Shown here piece after piece: positions 41,801-52,627 of a DNA stretch of 64,000 nt. Position numbers and translations under genes: made by a program. This DNA is from Planctomycetota bacterium. GTDB lineage: Bacteria > Planctomycetota > UBA1135 > UBA2386. A model generated the notes under the pieces. The model ran no database searches. It saw only the letters and a program-made list of their open reading frames with translations, and was not told the origin of the DNA. Each line of letters begins with the position of its first letter. The stretch's first letter is position 1. The DNA lies in assembly GCA_965223545.1 (NCBI GenBank), contig OZ245006.1, forward strand, positions 640,001-704,000, in the 5' to 3' direction.

Positions 41801-41894
41801 GGCTCAAGAGGGCGCAGAGAACCGCGGCCGCGCCCCACCACCGGCGCGGCGCGGAGAACGGTCGGGCCGGCCTTGCAGGCAACATCACTGTCAT
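38886..41894 (-). CDS. Secreted TPR protein with central gluzincin/peptidase MA-like domain
   Basis: Signal peptide, many TPRs, AWHEYAHV (HExxH) and PRWLTEG (third ligand Glu), YYQGG. Confidence 0.88.
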   Translation of the reverse strand: MTVMLPARPARPFSAPRRWWGAAAVLCALLSPTPLAAQVEGGGDDPYWTDQLRAAERSALRGRLGEAVAGFEAIVYPDEEDAEEPAPQAVLWRAQLGLLDLQRIRGEYEAVLEGLAEMPAEAQALRGWRLLRGRVLHTVGRYDEAAAEWGALLEQRGEDVEVRHWLARTLEQSGDRAGAAEQWQRVVDDARRSDDAVVLTCAGRALMRRPDAESLVAASRLFVRAIEADPDRPDARIAFGWAHFLAYGEAAGLPSGEKALTTVLREHGEVEEALVALYRLRRANFQLDPAKTEDYLSRALSLNPKSVPALMERGILALRDRNFTLAAEIFDAALAVNPNHREVLSHRAATAHLLNEPGDEAALRERLLAIDAGYADTYRHLGDHLVALYRFEDAVPYYERALSEEPESVSALHGLAKALVYCARGDEALTHLRRAAQLQKGFVDPWRDNAIAVQELLQEQYRTVEADGLRLVLHYDDVEVLERYLVPVLAEARRELGAKYGHVEDQVVTAEVYHTWNDFSVRTIGFRGFHALGACFGRFMTLVSPVDDQLRRQDFMWTATAWHEYAHVLTLALSKHRVPRWLTEGCSVYEERQKDPSWERGMTRELFDAFHNNEIAPLRHLNRLFRGPRILFGYYQGGLIVEYLAEHHGFDAVLEMLRGYGEDRSTEELFDGIFGLQPEEFDRAFRAWVETTQLRGLDLVPRYSAASMDHLRERALRAPDDVAVQVALGHGYLQRGQLIDAAAALREALRADPEDGDALLLHAALLERRRAFDEAAARYVAGFAQGADDFDARVGYGRLLERSGDLEGALDQYQRAKACWPRCTDQQVAPNLLLARVLRALDRDEEAMMELKSFVRRTGRAFAPRLELAAMERKNGNRQEEIRLLREAVAIDPFMRELHVLLGEALLAAEQPREALGEFEMALAVRPHLDRAHVGKPPAEVPDPAAAVEREARARICVSAARAAHRIGEVDAALAWLQRALGESADGEAADSAARLLRSWNR

Positions 41895-41926
41895 GCTACT
41901 GCAGATACGGCCGCCGAGGGCGCGGG

Positions 41927-43275
<1,349 letters not shown>

Positions 43276-43279
<4 letters not shown>

Positions 43280-44034
43280 GCCCCGCCCCCCCGCTCCAAG
43301 GGCGCGGCGCCCCCGCTGCCGCGGGCCGCCGCCGCCGGCAGCCGGATCGAGAACTGCGTGCCCTTGCCGGGCTCGGAGCTCACGTCCAGCGTGCCGCCGT
43401 GCTCCTCGGTCGTGCGCCGCACCATTGCCAACCCCAAGCCCGTGCCGGTCTTCTTGGTGCTGAAGTAGGGCGTGAACGCGTCGCGCAGGACGTCGGCGGA
43501 CATGCCCGAGCCGGTGTCGGTGACCTGCAGCAGGGCGCCGTCGCTCTCGCGCCGCGACGACAGCAGCACCTCGTCCCCGGCGCTGCAGGCGTCCAGCGCG
43601 TTGCGCAGGAGGTTGACCACCGCGGCCTGCAGCTGCTCGGCGTCGGCGGCGAGCTCGGGCACACCACTGCCCGGAAAGAACTTGAGCACCACCCCGTGGC
43701 GCGCCATCTGCGGCGTCCACAGGTCGACCAGGCGCTGCAGGAGCTCGTTGATGCGGACCGCGGTGCGGCGCGGCGCAGGCGACCGCACGAAGCCCAAGAA
43801 CTCCTCCAGAATCGACTGCAGCCGCTGCACCTCCGACTGCACCACGCCGAGCCGCTTGACCGTGCGCCGATCTCGCGAGCCCTCGGCGTCGGCAAAGTCC
43901 TCGAGCACCAGCTGCAGATTGAGGCCGATGGTCGACAGCGGATTGCGAATCTCGTGGGCAAAGCCCGCGATCACCGAGCCGAGCTGCGCCAGGCGCTCGG
44001 TGCGCTGTTGGGCCTGAGGGTCGTCTTTGCTCAT
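43276..44034 (-). CDS. Histidine kinase core without sensor domain
   Basis: AHEIRNPL, NLLRNA, DTGSGM, FTPYFSTK, GTGLGL. Confidence 0.93.
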
Positions 44035-44138
44035 GGGCGGGCCGACGGACTGCGGCGACCACGTGGTTGAAAACGCGGCAACCCTGCGCCGAACGACTGC
44101 GGGGAATGCGCGCGACCGGGCGGCGCGCCTGGCACAAT

Positions 44139-45215
44139 ATGCCGGTGCGCCGGATCAATGTGAAGGCACAAGCGGCGGATGCCGGGGCGGTCCGCGAGGT
44201 GGTGCGCGCGCTGCGCGGCGGCGCCCTGGTCGCGCTGCCAACCGAGACCGTCTACGGCATCGGCGCCGACGCCAGCCACACCGACGCGACCGCGCGGCTC
44301 GCCGCGCTCAAGGGCCGGGATGCCGCCCAGCCGGTCACCCTGCACCTGGCCAGCGGCGCCGCGCTCGAACAACACGCGGTCGCGCCGAAGGCCCGCGTGC
44401 GCGCCCTGCTCGACCGCTACTGGCCGGGACCGCTGACGGTCGTGCTGCCGCAGCCGACCGGCGGCACCGTCGGCCTGCGCGTGCCGGCGCACCCGTTCAC
44501 CAGCGCGGTGCTGGCCGAGTTCGACGGCGGTCTGTTGCTGACCAGTGCCAACCGCCACGGCGAGCCCCCAATGGCCGACGCCGACGCCATCGCGCGCGGC
44601 TTCCCGACGCTCGATCTCGTCTGCGACGCCGGCCCCCCGGCGCTGGGCCACGCCTCGGCCGTGGTGCGCGCCACCGGGCCGCTGCTCGAAGTTCTGCGCG
44701 AGGGCACGCTGTTGCGCGCGGAGCTGCTGCGCACCGCCGCGGTCGGCGTCCTGTTCGTCTGCACCGGCAACACCTGCCGCTCGCCCATGGCCGCGGCGGT
44801 GGCGGGCGCGGTGATGGCGGAGACCCTCGACGTCCAACCCGATCAACTGCTGGCGCGCGGCGTCGCCATCGCCAGCGCCGGCACCAGCGCCTGGCCCGGC
44901 GAGCCGGCCAGCGAGCACGCGGTGACGGTCTGCGCCGAGCTGGGCCTCGATCTGTCGGCGCATCGTTCGCAGCCGGTGACGCCGGAGCTGGTCGCCTCCT
45001 GGCAGCGGATCTACGCGCTGACCGACAGCCACCTCGAACGCCTGATCCGGCTCGCGCCCGCGGCCGCCGGCCGCGCCCAGCTGCTGGCGCAGGACGGCCG
45101 CAGCATCCCGGACCCGTTCGGCGCGGATCTCGAGACCTACCGGCGCACGCGCGACGCGATCGCGACCGCCGTGCGCAGCCGCGCCAGCGAGATCGCCGCC
45201 GCCGTCGACGCCTGA
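44139..45215 (+). CDS. tsaC: Threonylcarbamoyl-AMP synthase (TsaC/Sua5) fused to LMW protein phosphatase (YwlE-like)
   Basis: LPTETVYG, LKGR, YWPGPLT, TSANRHG; then FVCTGNTCRSPMA and DPFG. Confidence 0.92.
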   Translation: MPVRRINVKAQAADAGAVREVVRALRGGALVALPTETVYGIGADASHTDATARLAALKGRDAAQPVTLHLASGAALEQHAVAPKARVRALLDRYWPGPLTVVLPQPTGGTVGLRVPAHPFTSAVLAEFDGGLLLTSANRHGEPPMADADAIARGFPTLDLVCDAGPPALGHASAVVRATGPLLEVLREGTLLRAELLRTAAVGVLFVCTGNTCRSPMAAAVAGAVMAETLDVQPDQLLARGVAIASAGTSAWPGEPASEHAVTVCAELGLDLSAHRSQPVTPELVASWQRIYALTDSHLERLIRLAPAAAGRAQLLAQDGRSIPDPFGADLETYRRTRDAIATAVRSRASEIAAAVDA

Positions 45216-45310
45216 TCTCTCGGGGGGCAAGCGCGGTAGGGCATCGACAAGGCGAATGCCCAAGGCTGACGGTCCTGACAGTGCCGTCCTGGCGCCTGCG
45301 AAGGGCTGGT

Positions 45311-46381
45311 TTACGACGGGCGGGCGGGGTCTTGTGGATCGCGGCGGTCGCGGCGGCGCACCGAGGCGTGGATGCCCTCCATCCGGTGCAGCGAGCGCAG
45401 CACCCGCAGCCAGTTGCGCTTGGGCATCAGTGGATAGCCCATGTAGTCGCCGGCGACGCGCACACTTTGATAGACCACCGAGTTGCCACCGATGCGCACG
45501 TCGTCGGCGACCTCGATGTGCCCCGAGAACACCGTGTGCCCACCGACGGCGACGCGGTCGCCGAGCACGGTGCTCCCGGCGAACGCCGACATGCCGGCGA
45601 TCGCGACGTCGCGCCCCAGCCGACAGTTGTGGCCGATGTGCACCAAGTTGTCGATCTTGCTGCCGCGGCCGATCCGCGTCGGCCCCAGGGCGCCGCGGTC
45701 GATGGTCGAGTTGGCGCCGATCTCGACGTCGTCCTCGAGCACGACCGTGCCCATCTGCGGAAAGCGCAAGTAGCGGCCGTCGGCCTCGCGCGCGTAGCCA
45801 AAGCCGTCGGCGCCGATGATCGCGCCGGCGTGCACGATGACGCGGTCACCGAGGCGGACCCCCGGATAGAGCACGACGTTGGGGTGCACGACGCAATCGG
45901 CGCCGAGGCGACACCCCGCGCCGACCACCGCCCCCTCGGCGATGATCGTGCCGGCGCCCACGTCGACGTCGTCGTTGATCACCGCGCGGGCGGCGACCCG
46001 CACCGGCGGGCACAGCCGGGCAGTGTCGGCGACCACCGCGCTGGCGTGCACCTCGTGCTCCTCGGCGCGCGGCGCGGGGTGAAACCGCTGTGCCACGCGG
46101 GCAAAGGCGGCGTAGACATCGTCGACGACGATCTGCGCCGCCGGCGCCTCGATGGCCCGGTGGACGAGGATCGCCGCCGCGCGCGACGTGCGCGCCTGCT
46201 CCTCGAGCCGGGCGTTGTTGAGAAAGCCCAGATCGTCGGCGCCGGCCAGCCGCAGATCGTTGACGCCGCGGATCACCCGCGCCGGATCGCCGACCACTTC
46301 GCCGCCGACGAGGGCGGCGATCGAGCCCACGGTCTCCGGCGGCTGCCGGCTTTCGGGCCGGGACGGGATCTCTGGCGTCAT
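45311..46381 (-). CDS. lpxD: UDP-3-O-acylglucosamine N-acyltransferase
   Basis: Hexapeptide repeats, IGADGFGY, DDVEIGANSTIDRG, KIDNLVHIGHN. Confidence 0.96.
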   Translation of the reverse strand: MTPEIPSRPESRQPPETVGSIAALVGGEVVGDPARVIRGVNDLRLAGADDLGFLNNARLEEQARTSRAAAILVHRAIEAPAAQIVVDDVYAAFARVAQRFHPAPRAEEHEVHASAVVADTARLCPPVRVAARAVINDDVDVGAGTIIAEGAVVGAGCRLGADCVVHPNVVLYPGVRLGDRVIVHAGAIIGADGFGYAREADGRYLRFPQMGTVVLEDDVEIGANSTIDRGALGPTRIGRGSKIDNLVHIGHNCRLGRDVAIAGMSAFAGSTVLGDRVAVGGHTVFSGHIEVADDVRIGGNSVVYQSVRVAGDYMGYPLMPKRNWLRVLRSLHRMEGIHASVRRRDRRDPQDPARPS

Positions 46382-49300
46382 GGCTTCGGATTATGCAACC
46401 GGCGCAGGCGGTCCGCCGCAGCGCGCCGCCGACTTTCGTCCCACTCGGGGTCGTAGGCCGGCTCGTCGCCGAAGGTCTGCAGCAAGCTCGCCGCCGCCGC
46501 GCGCCGCACCGCGAGCACTTCGTCGAGCAACAGCGCGGCCAGCGCCGCGGCGCTGGCCGGATCGCGGTGCCCGGCGATGGCCTCCGCCAGCGCGACGCGC
46601 TGCGGCGGGTCTGCCGCCGCCGCGGCCCAAGCGGGTGGCAGCGGCAGGTCGTCTCGCCACAGCGGAAAGCCCTCCACCACGCGGTCGCCGCCGCGCGCCT
46701 CGATCGCCGCCGCCGCCTCCGCCAGCAGCAGCGGATCCAGGGTCACCAGCAGCGCATCCCGCTCCACCACCGTCAACGGCCGGCGCGCCAGCACGGCCAA
46801 CAGCGCGCGGCCCGCGCGCACCGGAAACACCGCGCGCAGCACCCAGCCGTCGACCGTCGGCGCGGCGACCCGCTCCGCCAGGGCCGCCGCCGGAGGCAGC
46901 CGGTCGAGGTCCTCGAGGGGGTTGGCCGCCGCCGCCTCGGGACGCAGATCGGCGAGCAGCGGCACCGTGTCGAAGACCATGGGGTCGAGCGCCTGCGCCG
47001 CGCCCAGCGCCAGGGCGCGCGCGGCCGGGCCCAGGCTGCGACCAAAGCCGTCGGGCAGCGCCAGGCAGGCCACCAGAGTGGCCGAGCGGGGATCGCGTCG
47101 CAGGTGGGCCATCGCCTGGGCGCGGGCGTCGTGCGGCCGGCCGAGCTGCACCGAGAGCTCGCGCTGCGCGCGCAGGGCCGCGGTCTCCTCGCGGTGCAGC
47201 AGGACGCTGGCCGGCCATTGGCGCCGGGCCGCGGCGAGCTCCTCCACCGCGCGCCGCGCCGCCTGCCGCGCGCCGTCGAGATCTCCGCGGGCGAGCTCGA
47301 CGGCGATCTGCGCCGCCGCGGCGCGCCCGCGCAGCCGCCGCACCTGCTTAGGAGCGGCGCCCGCCACTTCGATCAGCCGCCGCAGGTTGTCGCCGAAGAA
47401 CGACAATCGCTCGACCCCGCTCCAGTGCGCGAGCCGCTCGAGGAACGGCCGGTCGTCGGTCAAGGTCGGCGCCGCCGCGCACGCCGGCAGCGGACTGCCG
47501 CCGACCCGGGCGGCGCGCAGGTCGGCGACGCTGGCGAGCCCGGTCTCGTGTAGGTGGCGCACGAGCTCGGGCGAGGCCGCCGCCAACCGCGCGCGGCCGA
47601 CGATCTCGGCATCGACGTCGAGCGGCGCCTGGCTTCCCACCAGCAGGGTCGACTGGTCGACCAACCACACCGACACGTGCGGCACGGACCGCGCGAACGT
47701 CGCCAGCAGGGTGTCGAACGCGGCCCGGGGCATGGCGTGCGTCGGCACCCACTGCACCAGCAGACCTTCGGCACGCAGCGCCGCGGTGGCGAGCGCGTAG
47801 AACTCGTCGCTGTACAACGCAGTGGTGCCGGGCGCGTAGGGCAGCAGCGGCTCGAGGGTGACCAGGTCCAGCGAGCGCGGCGCGCGGCTCGCCAGGTAGC
47901 GCCGGCCGTCGTCGATGTGCACGACGACGCGCGGATCGGCGGCAAACCGGGGCTGCCGCCGCGCGGCCATCACCGGGCCGTCGGCGCCGAAGTGGCCCGC
48001 GAGGGAGAACACCGCCGGCGAGATCTCGACCACGTCGATGTGTGCGGGCTCGGGCCACTGGGTCAGCGCATCGGCGGTGGTACCGGTGCCGAGCGCGATC
48101 ACCGCGACGTCGCGCAGGCCATCGCGCAGCAGGAAGGGCAAGTGGCCCAGGGCCTTCATGTAGTCGGTTCCCGGCCCCGTCTCGGCAGCGCGGAAGCCGT
48201 CGGTGAACAGCAGCATGCTGTGGTTGCGGCGGTCGTAGACCACCGACGCGGTGCCGTACGCATCGGTCCGGTGCGCCAGGTGCCGGTACCACTCGGGGTG
48301 GTCGTGGCGCGCCCCCGCCATCGGCGCACCCGGCGCCCACGGCTTGCCCGCCGCGCCGAAGCCGAGCACGGCGGCGGCCACCACCGCCGCCACCGGCAGC
48401 AGCAGCCGGCGCGGGCGGCGCAGCAGCGGCAGCAGGGCGAGCGCTGCCAGCACCGGCGGGGCGACGGCAAAGAAGCGGTCGGCGGCGAGCAGCGGCAGGC
48501 CGCGGCCGACGAGCAGAGCGCCGAGCAGCGCGCCGATCCCCTGGGCGAACAACAACCGGCCGGCGCGGCGCGCGCGCCGCGCCGGCTCGACCTCGCGGCC
48601 GACCAGCAGCGGCACGACCGCACCGGCGCAGAAGCACGGCAGCAGCGCCCCCGACAGCGCCCCGACCGCGGCGCGCAGATGCATGGTGGCGGTGCTCGTC
48701 GCCGGCAACCGCGCCAGCCACGGACCGAGGTGCTCGTGAAGCCCGAGCCCGGCGCTGACCGCCCCGACCGCCAGCGCGACCGCCGGAGCGCGCCGCCCGC
48801 ACAGGGCGGCGAGCACGGGAGCGCCCAAGAAGGCGCCCAACGCCATCGCCAGCAGGCACACCGCCACCACCGCCGAGAGGGTGGGCTGGAAGCCCTCGAA
48901 CCAGAACGGCAGCCGCCGCAGCAACAGCACTTCCACGCCCAGCACCAGCGCACCCGACGCCAACGCCGCGCCGACGCCACGCCAACCGGGGCCGGCGAGC
49001 CCCGCTGCGGCCACCGACACCGGCGCGGCGGGCGCCGCTGACGGCGGGCGCCGCTGGACCAGCAACACCGCCGCGCCGCCGTAGCACGCGGCCGCCAGCC
49101 ACCCCGTCCGCGCCAGCCCGAGCGACGGCACCAGGAGGTTGCCGCCGGCCCATGCGCCGGCCACCGAGCCGGCAGTGTTGACCCCCACCAGCCATCCCGC
49201 CCGCCAGGTCCCGGGCCGCATCAGGGCAAACAACAGGGGGAACGCGGCCCCCATCGCCACTGCTGGCAACCCCGGTGCCAGGGCGGCGAGGCCGGCACCG

Positions 49301-49587
49301 GCGCCGAACGACACGCTGCCCAGGCGCGCCAGCACCGGCTCGGCCACCACAGCCGACAGCCCCACCGCGGCGTACAGCGCCGCGGCGCGGCGGCCGGCGC
49401 GTTCCGGCCGTGCCGCGAGGCGCAGCGCGAGCAGGCCGCCCGCTCCCAACCCCAGCATGAACCAGGACATCACGACGGCGGCCGCATCCGCGGTGCCACC
49501 CATCAGCAGCGCGTAGCGCCGCACCAGCGCGAGCTGCAACAGCAGACCGCCGATTCCGGTGAGCAGCGCCGCCAGCGAGGTCGTCAT
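46378..49587 (-). CDS. Membrane-bound spermidine synthase-like protein (multi-TM + SAM-binding domain + helical/HEAT C-terminus)
   Basis: Many N-terminal TMs, IALGTGTT, VVEISPAV, DDGRRYL, LYSDEFY, LVQWVP. Confidence 0.85.
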   Translation of the reverse strand: MTTSLAALLTGIGGLLLQLALVRRYALLMGGTADAAAVVMSWFMLGLGAGGLLALRLAARPERAGRRAAALYAAVGLSAVVAEPVLARLGSVSFGAGAGLAALAPGLPAVAMGAAFPLLFALMRPGTWRAGWLVGVNTAGSVAGAWAGGNLLVPSLGLARTGWLAAACYGGAAVLLVQRRPPSAAPAAPVSVAAAGLAGPGWRGVGAALASGALVLGVEVLLLRRLPFWFEGFQPTLSAVVAVCLLAMALGAFLGAPVLAALCGRRAPAVALAVGAVSAGLGLHEHLGPWLARLPATSTATMHLRAAVGALSGALLPCFCAGAVVPLLVGREVEPARRARRAGRLLFAQGIGALLGALLVGRGLPLLAADRFFAVAPPVLAALALLPLLRRPRRLLLPVAAVVAAAVLGFGAAGKPWAPGAPMAGARHDHPEWYRHLAHRTDAYGTASVVYDRRNHSMLLFTDGFRAAETGPGTDYMKALGHLPFLLRDGLRDVAVIALGTGTTADALTQWPEPAHIDVVEISPAVFSLAGHFGADGPVMAARRQPRFAADPRVVVHIDDGRRYLASRAPRSLDLVTLEPLLPYAPGTTALYSDEFYALATAALRAEGLLVQWVPTHAMPRAAFDTLLATFARSVPHVSVWLVDQSTLLVGSQAPLDVDAEIVGRARLAAASPELVRHLHETGLASVADLRAARVGGSPLPACAAAPTLTDDRPFLERLAHWSGVERLSFFGDNLRRLIEVAGAAPKQVRRLRGRAAAAQIAVELARGDLDGARQAARRAVEELAAARRQWPASVLLHREETAALRAQRELSVQLGRPHDARAQAMAHLRRDPRSATLVACLALPDGFGRSLGPAARALALGAAQALDPMVFDTVPLLADLRPEAAAANPLEDLDRLPPAAALAERVAAPTVDGWVLRAVFPVRAGRALLAVLARRPLTVVERDALLVTLDPLLLAEAAAAIEARGGDRVVEGFPLWRDDLPLPPAWAAAAADPPQRVALAEAIAGHRDPASAAALAALLLDEVLAVRRAAAASLLQTFGDEPAYDPEWDESRRRAAADRLRRLHNPKP

Positions 49588-49617
49588 GCGACTCTGGAGT
49601 CTGCGCGCCGCGCGGCG

Positions 49618-50079
49618 TCAGCCGCCGAATTCGCGCACCACGGTGATCACCTCGTCCGGCGTCCGGCTGCGCAGCAGATGCTCGCGCACCTCGCCGCGGC
49701 CGAGCAGTTTGGCGATCTCGGCCAGCGTCTTGATGTGCAGCAGCTTCTTGGCCCGCGGGATGACCAGACAGACCAGCAGCCGCGCCGGCTCGCCGTCCAG
49801 GGCCTCGAAGGGGATGCCCGCCACGGAGACGCCGAGCACCGCGATCACCTCGTCCGGCCCGTCCACCGCCGCGTGCGGGATGGCGATGCCGCACTCCATT
49901 CCGGTGGTCATGCTGCGCTCGCGCGCCAGCAAGGCGGCGTCGACCGCCGGCAGCTGCTCGGGCGCGAGACGGCCCGCCGTGGCGGCGGCCCGCGCCATCA
50001 TCGAGATCGCCTGCCACTTGTCGCTCGCCTCGAACGGCACCAACACCAGTTCGGGGGCGATGAGTTCGGACAGCTTCAT
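49618..50079 (-). CDS. ptsN: PTS EIIA (fructose/mannitol/Ntr family)
   Basis: ARERSMTTGM, GIAIPHA (phospho-His), FEALDGEP, HIKTLAEI. Confidence 0.9.
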   Translation of the reverse strand: MKLSELIAPELVLVPFEASDKWQAISMMARAAATAGRLAPEQLPAVDAALLARERSMTTGMECGIAIPHAAVDGPDEVIAVLGVSVAGIPFEALDGEPARLLVCLVIPRAKKLLHIKTLAEIAKLLGRGEVREHLLRSRTPDEVITVVREFGG

Positions 50080-50142
50080 GCCAACGCGACGATCCCTGAG
50101 CTCAGACGCCACCCCGCGCCTGGGCAGTCGATTTCGGGCAAG

Positions 50143-50158
50143 GGGGTTAGGTAACCCC
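50143..50158. promoter_or_regulatory. Palindrome GGGGTTA-GG-TAACCCC in the divergent ptsN/gspD promoter region
   Basis: Perfect 7-bp inverted repeat read directly from the sequence. Confidence 0.4.
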
Positions 50159-50313
50159 GGGCGCGGCGGCGGTGCAAGGCGGGGCGGGCAATTCCGCGAT
50201 TTGATTCCGCCGCGTCAGGAAATAAAAACCCTGCGCACCGAGTCTCAGCGCGCCGAACCGACGTCCGTCGGATCCGTCGACCGCGACGCCCTTCCCGACT
50301 CCTGGACCAAAGC

Positions 50314-52599
50314 ATGCCACACCGCGACTCTCCGACGCTGCCCTCGCTCCCCGCGCGCTCGACGAAGGGGGGCAGCGGCTGGCGGCGCCTGCGCGCAACC
50401 GCCCTTGCCACCGGTCTGTCGCTCGCGGCGCTGGGCTCGCCGCTCACCGCGCAGGAGGGCCGCAACTACAACGTCGAGATCGACGGCGACTACATGACGA
50501 TCACGATCAACGAGGTCGAGGGCATCTCGGTGATCGAGTTCATCAAGCTGGCGCAGACGCTCACGCAGAAGACGTTCACCTACTCCGAGAGCGACATCAG
50601 CAACAGCCCGGACACCAAGATCACGTTCGTCGGGCCCAAGCGCATCCTGCTGGACAACTTCTTCCCGTTCTTCCAGACGATGCTCTACATCAAGGGCTTC
50701 GCCACCCTGGTGCGCGGCGACGACGACACCGAGGTGATCGAGGTGGTGGCGATGTCGGGCCCCAAGCGCACCGAGCTGAACAGCAGTGCGCGCTACGTGG
50801 CGCCGGACGAGATCGCCGAGTACGCCAACCACACCGGCGTGCCGATCCTCACCCTGGTGCCGCTGGAGTTCATCGACGCCAACGCCGCCACCAACCAGCT
50901 GCGGCCGTTCTTCCTCGGTCAGGGCGGCCAATCGCCGCTGACCCTCGGCGCGGCCGCCCGCGCCCTGCTGCTGCAGGGCTTCGGCCCGCAGGTCAACGCC
51001 GCCTACCAAGTGCTGCGGCTGGTCGACAAGGAGCCCGAGGGCCCCGAGCAGGAGATCCGCGTCGTGCGCCTCGACCATGCCACCGCCGAGGAGCTCGAGC
51101 CGATGCTGACGGAGGTGCTCGAGGCGCGGCAAAAGGCCGAGACCGCGCAGCAGCAAGTCGGCGCCAGCGGCGCCGGGCTGCAGGCGCGGGCGCCGTCCGA
51201 GATCAAGATCGTGCCGCACATGTCGCTCAACGCGCTCTTGCTGTCGGGCACGCACGAGCAGATCGTCGAGGCGCAGGACCTGATCGCCCGGCTCGACATC
51301 CCGTACGAAGCGGTCGACGGCGACACCCACGTCATCACCCTGCGCAACGTGCTGGCAGAAGATCTGCGCGCCACCCTCAACCAGTTCATCGGCGACGATC
51401 TGCAGGCCGAGCGCACCGCCAACGCGGGCCAGGCCGGCACCACCGCGCGGCAGCCGCGGCGCACGGTCGTGGTGCCGCACAAGGAGAGCAACAGCCTCTT
51501 GATCAGCGGCACGGCCAGCAAGTACCGCCAGCTGGCGCGGGTGATCGACGAGCTCGACCGGCGCCAGCCGCAGGTGCTGATCGAGTGCGCGGTGATCGAG
51601 CTGACCTCGTCCGAGTCGATGCGGCTGGGTATCGAGCTGGGCCTGGTCGACCTGGCCAGCAGCGGCGACTTCAACCGGCCGTTCGGCTTCACCAGCTACG
51701 GCCTGACCTCGTTCGAGGACACCGACGGCGACAGCTTCCCCGACACCCGGCTGCCCGACTTCAACTCGCCGCTGCAGGGACTCACCGGCGGCATCCTGTC
51801 CAGCGACGACTTCGCCCTGCCGGTCGCGGTCAACACCCTGGCGGCATCGTCGGGCGCCAACGTGCTGAGCTTGCCGAGCGTGGTGGTGAACAACAACTTC
51901 GAGGCCACCGTGCGCAACAGCGAGTCGCGCCCGACCCAGCAGATCAGCCAGGGCAACGCGACGACCACCTCGGGCGCCGGCTCCAACGAGGACGCGGGCA
52001 TCGTCCTGCGCATCTCGCCCTCGATCTCGTCGAGCAACTACCTGCGCATCCAGGTCAACCTGACGGTGAGCCGCTTCTTGACGCCGTTCGACCCCAACGC
52101 GGTCACCGCCGGCGTCAAGGCCGAGCGCGAGATCAACACCCTGGTCACCATGCCCAGCGGCCACACCATGGTGCTGGGCGGGGTGATCGAGGACCAGCAG
52201 GACACGACATCGAGCGGCATCCCGATCCTCAAGGACATCCCGATCCTCGGCTGGCTGTTCTCGAGCTGGAGCAAGAGCGAGGCGAAGACCAACCTCTACT
52301 TCTTCCTGACGCCCTACATCCTGCGCGAGGAGGATTTCTCCGACCTCGCCGAGCAGAGCTTCCGCAAGAAGCTCGAGGCGGCCAGCTACATCGGCAGCCG
52401 GCGCATCCAGCTGATCGACCGCCGCTGGCGCGACGGCGAGCCGCAGACGCTCGACGACCCCGGTGCGACGATCGAGGACCTCGACGAGCGCGGCGGCTTC
52501 GACATCCCGGTGTATCAGCGGCCGACCACCGGGCCCGAGGGCCCGGGCTTGCCCGAAGAACCGGCCAGCGGGACCATAGAACTCGGCAACGGCCGCTGA
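50314..52599 (+). CDS. gspD: Type II secretion secretin
   Basis: Signal peptide, N-domain repeats, LDRRQPQVLIE, GIPILKDIPILGWLF, NLYFFLTPYI. Confidence 0.92.
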   Translation: MPHRDSPTLPSLPARSTKGGSGWRRLRATALATGLSLAALGSPLTAQEGRNYNVEIDGDYMTITINEVEGISVIEFIKLAQTLTQKTFTYSESDISNSPDTKITFVGPKRILLDNFFPFFQTMLYIKGFATLVRGDDDTEVIEVVAMSGPKRTELNSSARYVAPDEIAEYANHTGVPILTLVPLEFIDANAATNQLRPFFLGQGGQSPLTLGAAARALLLQGFGPQVNAAYQVLRLVDKEPEGPEQEIRVVRLDHATAEELEPMLTEVLEARQKAETAQQQVGASGAGLQARAPSEIKIVPHMSLNALLLSGTHEQIVEAQDLIARLDIPYEAVDGDTHVITLRNVLAEDLRATLNQFIGDDLQAERTANAGQAGTTARQPRRTVVVPHKESNSLLISGTASKYRQLARVIDELDRRQPQVLIECAVIELTSSESMRLGIELGLVDLASSGDFNRPFGFTSYGLTSFEDTDGDSFPDTRLPDFNSPLQGLTGGILSSDDFALPVAVNTLAASSGANVLSLPSVVVNNNFEATVRNSESRPTQQISQGNATTTSGAGSNEDAGIVLRISPSISSSNYLRIQVNLTVSRFLTPFDPNAVTAGVKAEREINTLVTMPSGHTMVLGGVIEDQQDTTSSGIPILKDIPILGWLFSSWSKSEAKTNLYFFLTPYILREEDFSDLAEQSFRKKLEAASYIGSRRIQLIDRRWRDGEPQTLDDPGATIEDLDERGGFDIPVYQRPTTGPEGPGLPEEPASGTIELGNGR

Positions 52600-52627
52600 C
52601 CAAAGCCGCCTCCGCCTCCCCCAAGCG

